Source: Actinomycetota bacterium (GTDB lineage: Bacteria; Actinomycetota; Actinomycetes; JACCUZ01). From it: a stretch of DNA of 24,000 nt. Where the stretch lies: positions 5,148 to 29,147 of the forward strand of contig JAVEDB010000129.1 of the NCBI GenBank assembly GCA_030841185.1, given 5' to 3'. Of the stretch, positions 21,608 through 24,000 are shown in pieces. The position numbers were made by a program, and so were the translations under genes. Position 1 is the stretch's first letter. Each line of letters starts with the position of its first letter. The notes under the pieces were generated by a model. It was given only the letters and a program-made list of their open reading frames with translations, had not been told where the DNA came from and did no database searches.

Positions 21608-23314
21608 ATGCGGCTTCGACAGCATGCCGTGCGGCTCGGCTCGCTCGGCGCAGTATTTGCACTCGCAGCGACCGCGTGCGGCGGCGGTAGTGGGGGCGGA
21701 ACGAGCAGCAGCACCCAGACGACGAGCAGCTCGGGAAAGAAGGGTGGAACGCTCAACGTCCTGCTGATCGCGGACTTCGAGCACCTCGACCCGCAGCGCA
21801 ACTACGTGGGGTCCGCCCTGAACTTCGGTACCAGGCTGCTCTACCGGACGCTCACCGCCTACCAGAGCAAGCCCGGAGCCGCCGGCTCGCAGATCGTCCC
21901 GGACCTCGCGACCGACCTCGGCCGGCCGAGCAACGGCGGCAAAACGTGGGAGTTCACCCTCAAGGACGGCGTGAAGTACGAGGACGGCACGCCCATCACC
22001 TGCACCGACCTCAAGTACGGCGTCGAGCGCTCGTTCAGCTCGCAGATCACCGACGGGCCGCAGTACGCCCAGGCGTACCTGGCCAATTCCGCGAGCTACA
22101 AGGGCCCATACGTCGGCGGCAACAACGGCGGGAAGGGACTGAGCTCGATCACCTGCAAGGACCAGAAGACGATCGTCTACCAGCTGGGCCAGCCCGTCGG
22201 CGACTTCAACTACACCGTCACGCTCCCCCAGTTCTCGCCGGTCCCCCAGGCGAAGGACACCAACGTGAAGTACGACAACCGGCCCTTCTCATCCGGCCCG
22301 TACAAGATCGAGTCCTACACGCGGCAGAAGCAGATCACCCTGGTCCGCAACACCCAGTGGGACCCCAAGACGGACCCGATCCGCAAGGCACTGCCCGACA
22401 AGGTCGTGGGCGTCTTTGGGCTCGACCCGTCGGTGATCGACCAGCGACTGATGGCCGACGCACCGAGCGACCAGACGGCGGTGATGCTCGACTCGAACAT
22501 CCAGGCCGAGAACATCTCCACGGTGACCACCGACCCCACGATGAAGAAGCGACTGATCGCCGGGCTGTCCGGCTTCACCCGCTACCTCGCGATCAACACC
22601 GCGAAGGTGAAGGACCTCAAGGTGCGCCAGGCCATCGAGTACGCCATCGACAAGGAGTCCTACCGCGGGACGAGGGGTGGCAAGGATGCCGGTGACTTCG
22701 CGAACTCGATGATCACGCCGCTGCTCACGTCGTACAAGAAATTCGACGTGTACCCCGCTCCCGCGACCGGCGACCAGGCGAAGGCCAAGGCGTTGCTGAC
22801 GGCGGCCGGCGCACTCGGGACCAAGCTGACGATCGACATCGCGAACACCCCGACCAACGCCAAGTCCGCGGCCGCCTTCAAGGAGGCACTCGGGAAGGCG
22901 GGCTTCAACGTGACGATCAACCCGATCAATACCGACGTCTTCTACACCACGATCGGGAAGCGGGCGACGGAGAACGAGCTGGCGCTGGTGGGCTGGGGCC
23001 CGGACTGGACCAACGGGTCGTCGGTCATCCCGCCGCTCTTCGACGGGCGGCTGCTGGTGCCCGAGGGCAACAACAACTACGCCCAGCTCAACGACCCGGC
23101 GATCAACGCCGGGATCGCGACCGCCAACCAGGAGACCGACCTCACCAAGCAGGCCACGCTCTGGGGAGACCTCGACCAGAAGGTCCTGGAGGACGCAGCG
23201 GTGGTGCCGCTGATCTACGACCGCAACAACCAGTTGCAGGGATCGAAGGTCACCGGAGGGTTCCTGCACTCCTTCTTCGGGCAGGCCGACTTCGCGACCC
23301 TCGGGGTGAGCTGA
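21608..23314 (+). CDS. ABC transporter substrate-binding lipoprotein, family 5 (peptide/nickel/oligosaccharide type, DppA/OppA-like)
   Basis: Track ORF 21389..23314 overlaps the tRNA. The in-frame ATG at 21608 follows AGGGAG and gives MRLRQHAVRLGSLGAVFALAATACGGGSGGG, i.e. a signal peptide with a lipobox Cys and Gly/Ser linker. The mature part (GGTLNVLLIADFEHLDPQRNY...LVGWGPDW) fits the SBP_bac_5 pattern. Confidence 0.9.
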   Translation: MRLRQHAVRLGSLGAVFALAATACGGGSGGGTSSSTQTTSSSGKKGGTLNVLLIADFEHLDPQRNYVGSALNFGTRLLYRTLTAYQSKPGAAGSQIVPDLATDLGRPSNGGKTWEFTLKDGVKYEDGTPITCTDLKYGVERSFSSQITDGPQYAQAYLANSASYKGPYVGGNNGGKGLSSITCKDQKTIVYQLGQPVGDFNYTVTLPQFSPVPQAKDTNVKYDNRPFSSGPYKIESYTRQKQITLVRNTQWDPKTDPIRKALPDKVVGVFGLDPSVIDQRLMADAPSDQTAVMLDSNIQAENISTVTTDPTMKKRLIAGLSGFTRYLAINTAKVKDLKVRQAIEYAIDKESYRGTRGGKDAGDFANSMITPLLTSYKKFDVYPAPATGDQAKAKALLTAAGALGTKLTIDIANTPTNAKSAAAFKEALGKAGFNVTINPINTDVFYTTIGKRATENELALVGWGPDWTNGSSVIPPLFDGRLLVPEGNNNYAQLNDPAINAGIATANQETDLTKQATLWGDLDQKVLEDAAVVPLIYDRNNQLQGSKVTGGFLHSFFGQADFATLGVS

Positions 23315-23398
23315 CCTCGGCACACCAGGAGACGTCGTGGTCGGTGGCCGACCAGGGGCGGACGACCACCGACCAGCCGGGGTGCGCGTCGTCGTCGG

Positions 23399-23430
23399 GT
23401 GCTGACGAAAACCTGTCCTGTCGTCAGCAC
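23399..23430. terminator. 10-bp perfect hairpin (12-nt loop) between convergent genes
   Basis: GTGCTGACGA aaacctgtcctg TCGTCAGCAC, paired by hand. A second weaker stem (GGTCGGTGG at 23339-23347 with CCACCGACC at 23366-23374) lies just upstream. Confidence 0.45.
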
Positions 23431-23469
23431 TCGGCGACGGCGACGTCCCGCGGACGGGCCGGCGTGACT

Positions 23470-24000
23470 TTAGGTCGCGCCGGCCTGTCGGCGTCTGCGG
23501 TGCTCCCGGACGTTGACCCGGGCCGCGTGCGTCGGGCCGCAGAACCGGCGCATCCCGTTGCGGGAGGTATCGATGAAGACCCGCTCGCACCCAGGCGCGG
23601 CACACACGCCCAGCCGGTCAGCGAAGCCCTCGGCCAACAGGGCAGCCAGCCCGAAGTACGCGGCGGTGCGCAGGAAGGTGGCGGCTCCGGCCCCGGCCCG
23701 CGCCAGGTGCAGGTGCGGCGTGCCGTCGTGCTCGGTGACCTCGAAACGTACGTCGAGGGTGGCCACCGCTGCGCGAACCATGGCGACTCGGGCCTCGCCG
23801 TCCCCGGCATGGAAGACCGCCCCGAGCTCCTCCCGAAGCCGGTTCGTGGCCGTCACATCGGCCGCCGAGACCCGACCGGGCGGCTGGTCGAGCGAGGCCA
23901 GGAACTCGCGCAGCCCGGCCACGGTGCCGATCGCGTCGACGTCGCCGGCGGCGCTGTTGACCAGCTGCTCGGCCCAGAGCCCGTAGTCGCGGGGCTGCAC
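23470..24000 (-). CDS. CGNR-type zinc-finger domain protein (variant finger); the N-terminus may lie beyond the window end
   Basis: The C-terminus LGVCAAPGCERVFIDTSRNGMRRFCGPTHAARVNVREHRRRR matches the CGNR-finger layout (C-x4-C...F-x-D-x-S-x-N...R-R-[WF]-C) followed by a basic tail. The ORF is still open at 24000, and the GTG there may not be the true start. Confidence 0.75.
   Translation of the reverse strand: MQPRDYGLWAEQLVNSAAGDVDAIGTVAGLREFLASLDQPPGRVSAADVTATNRLREELGAVFHAGDGEARVAMVRAAVATLDVRFEVTEHDGTPHLHLARAGAGAATFLRTAAYFGLAALLAEGFADRLGVCAAPGCERVFIDTSRNGMRRFCGPTHAARVNVREHRRRRQAGAT

Noticed and set aside
22289-23605. 438-aa minus-strand ORF
   Set aside because: It is antisense to the family-5 binding-protein gene and runs across two terminator-like hairpins. 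It has junk composition.
21332-24000. Possibility that tRNA-Leu marks the integration site of a genomic island (SBP plus CGNR genes)
   Set aside because: I could find no integrase, no direct repeat of the tRNA 3' end downstream, and no obvious composition shift. The tRNA position next to fhaA is ancestral.

Overview
This window is very GC-rich and looks like high-GC Actinomycetota chromosome. I did not compute GC content. Genes are densely packed and I saw no transposase, integrase, CRISPR array or rRNA. Three blocks are visible.

(1) 1-7011: a divergently transcribed ROK-family regulator, followed by a five-gene carbohydrate uptake and conversion operon. The operon encodes a Gfo/Idh/MocA oxidoreductase, a CUT2-type ABC ATPase, a permease, a lipoprotein binding protein and a xylose-isomerase-like TIM-barrel enzyme.

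(2) 7116-21415: two small envelope proteins, then the well-known oriC-proximal actinobacterial cell-division and cell-wall signalling cluster. Gene order is cyclophilin, rhomboid, crgA, DUF881, class E sortase, a 52-aa micro-ORF, trpG/pabA, then convergent pknB-pknA-pbpA-rodA-pstP-fhaB-fhaA, then tRNA-Leu(CAG). This is colinear with M. tuberculosis Rv0009-Rv0020c plus leuT.

(3) 21608-24000: a solitary family-5 ABC solute-binding lipoprotein and a CGNR-zinc-finger protein that is cut by the window edge.

Many long ORFs in the supplied track are antisense or out-of-frame shadows typical of high-GC DNA. Several track ORFs also carry false N-terminal extensions, which I re-set using SD sequences, 4-nt overlaps and homologous N-termini.

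I do not see a convincing new multi-gene system. The points most worth a second look are:
- a tight cluster of DnaA-box-like 9-mers at the rhomboid/crgA junction
- a PknA-type kinase carrying one PASTA domain and a lysine-rich tail
- paired direct repeats spaced about 100 bp apart in the ROK/operon control region
- a 17-aa insertion in NBD2 of the ABC ATPase
- a Trp-rich micro-ORF translationally coupled to trpG
- a structured leader that could mask the SD of the orphan binding-protein gene

All calls rest on reading the sequence and translations by eye. No database searches were run.
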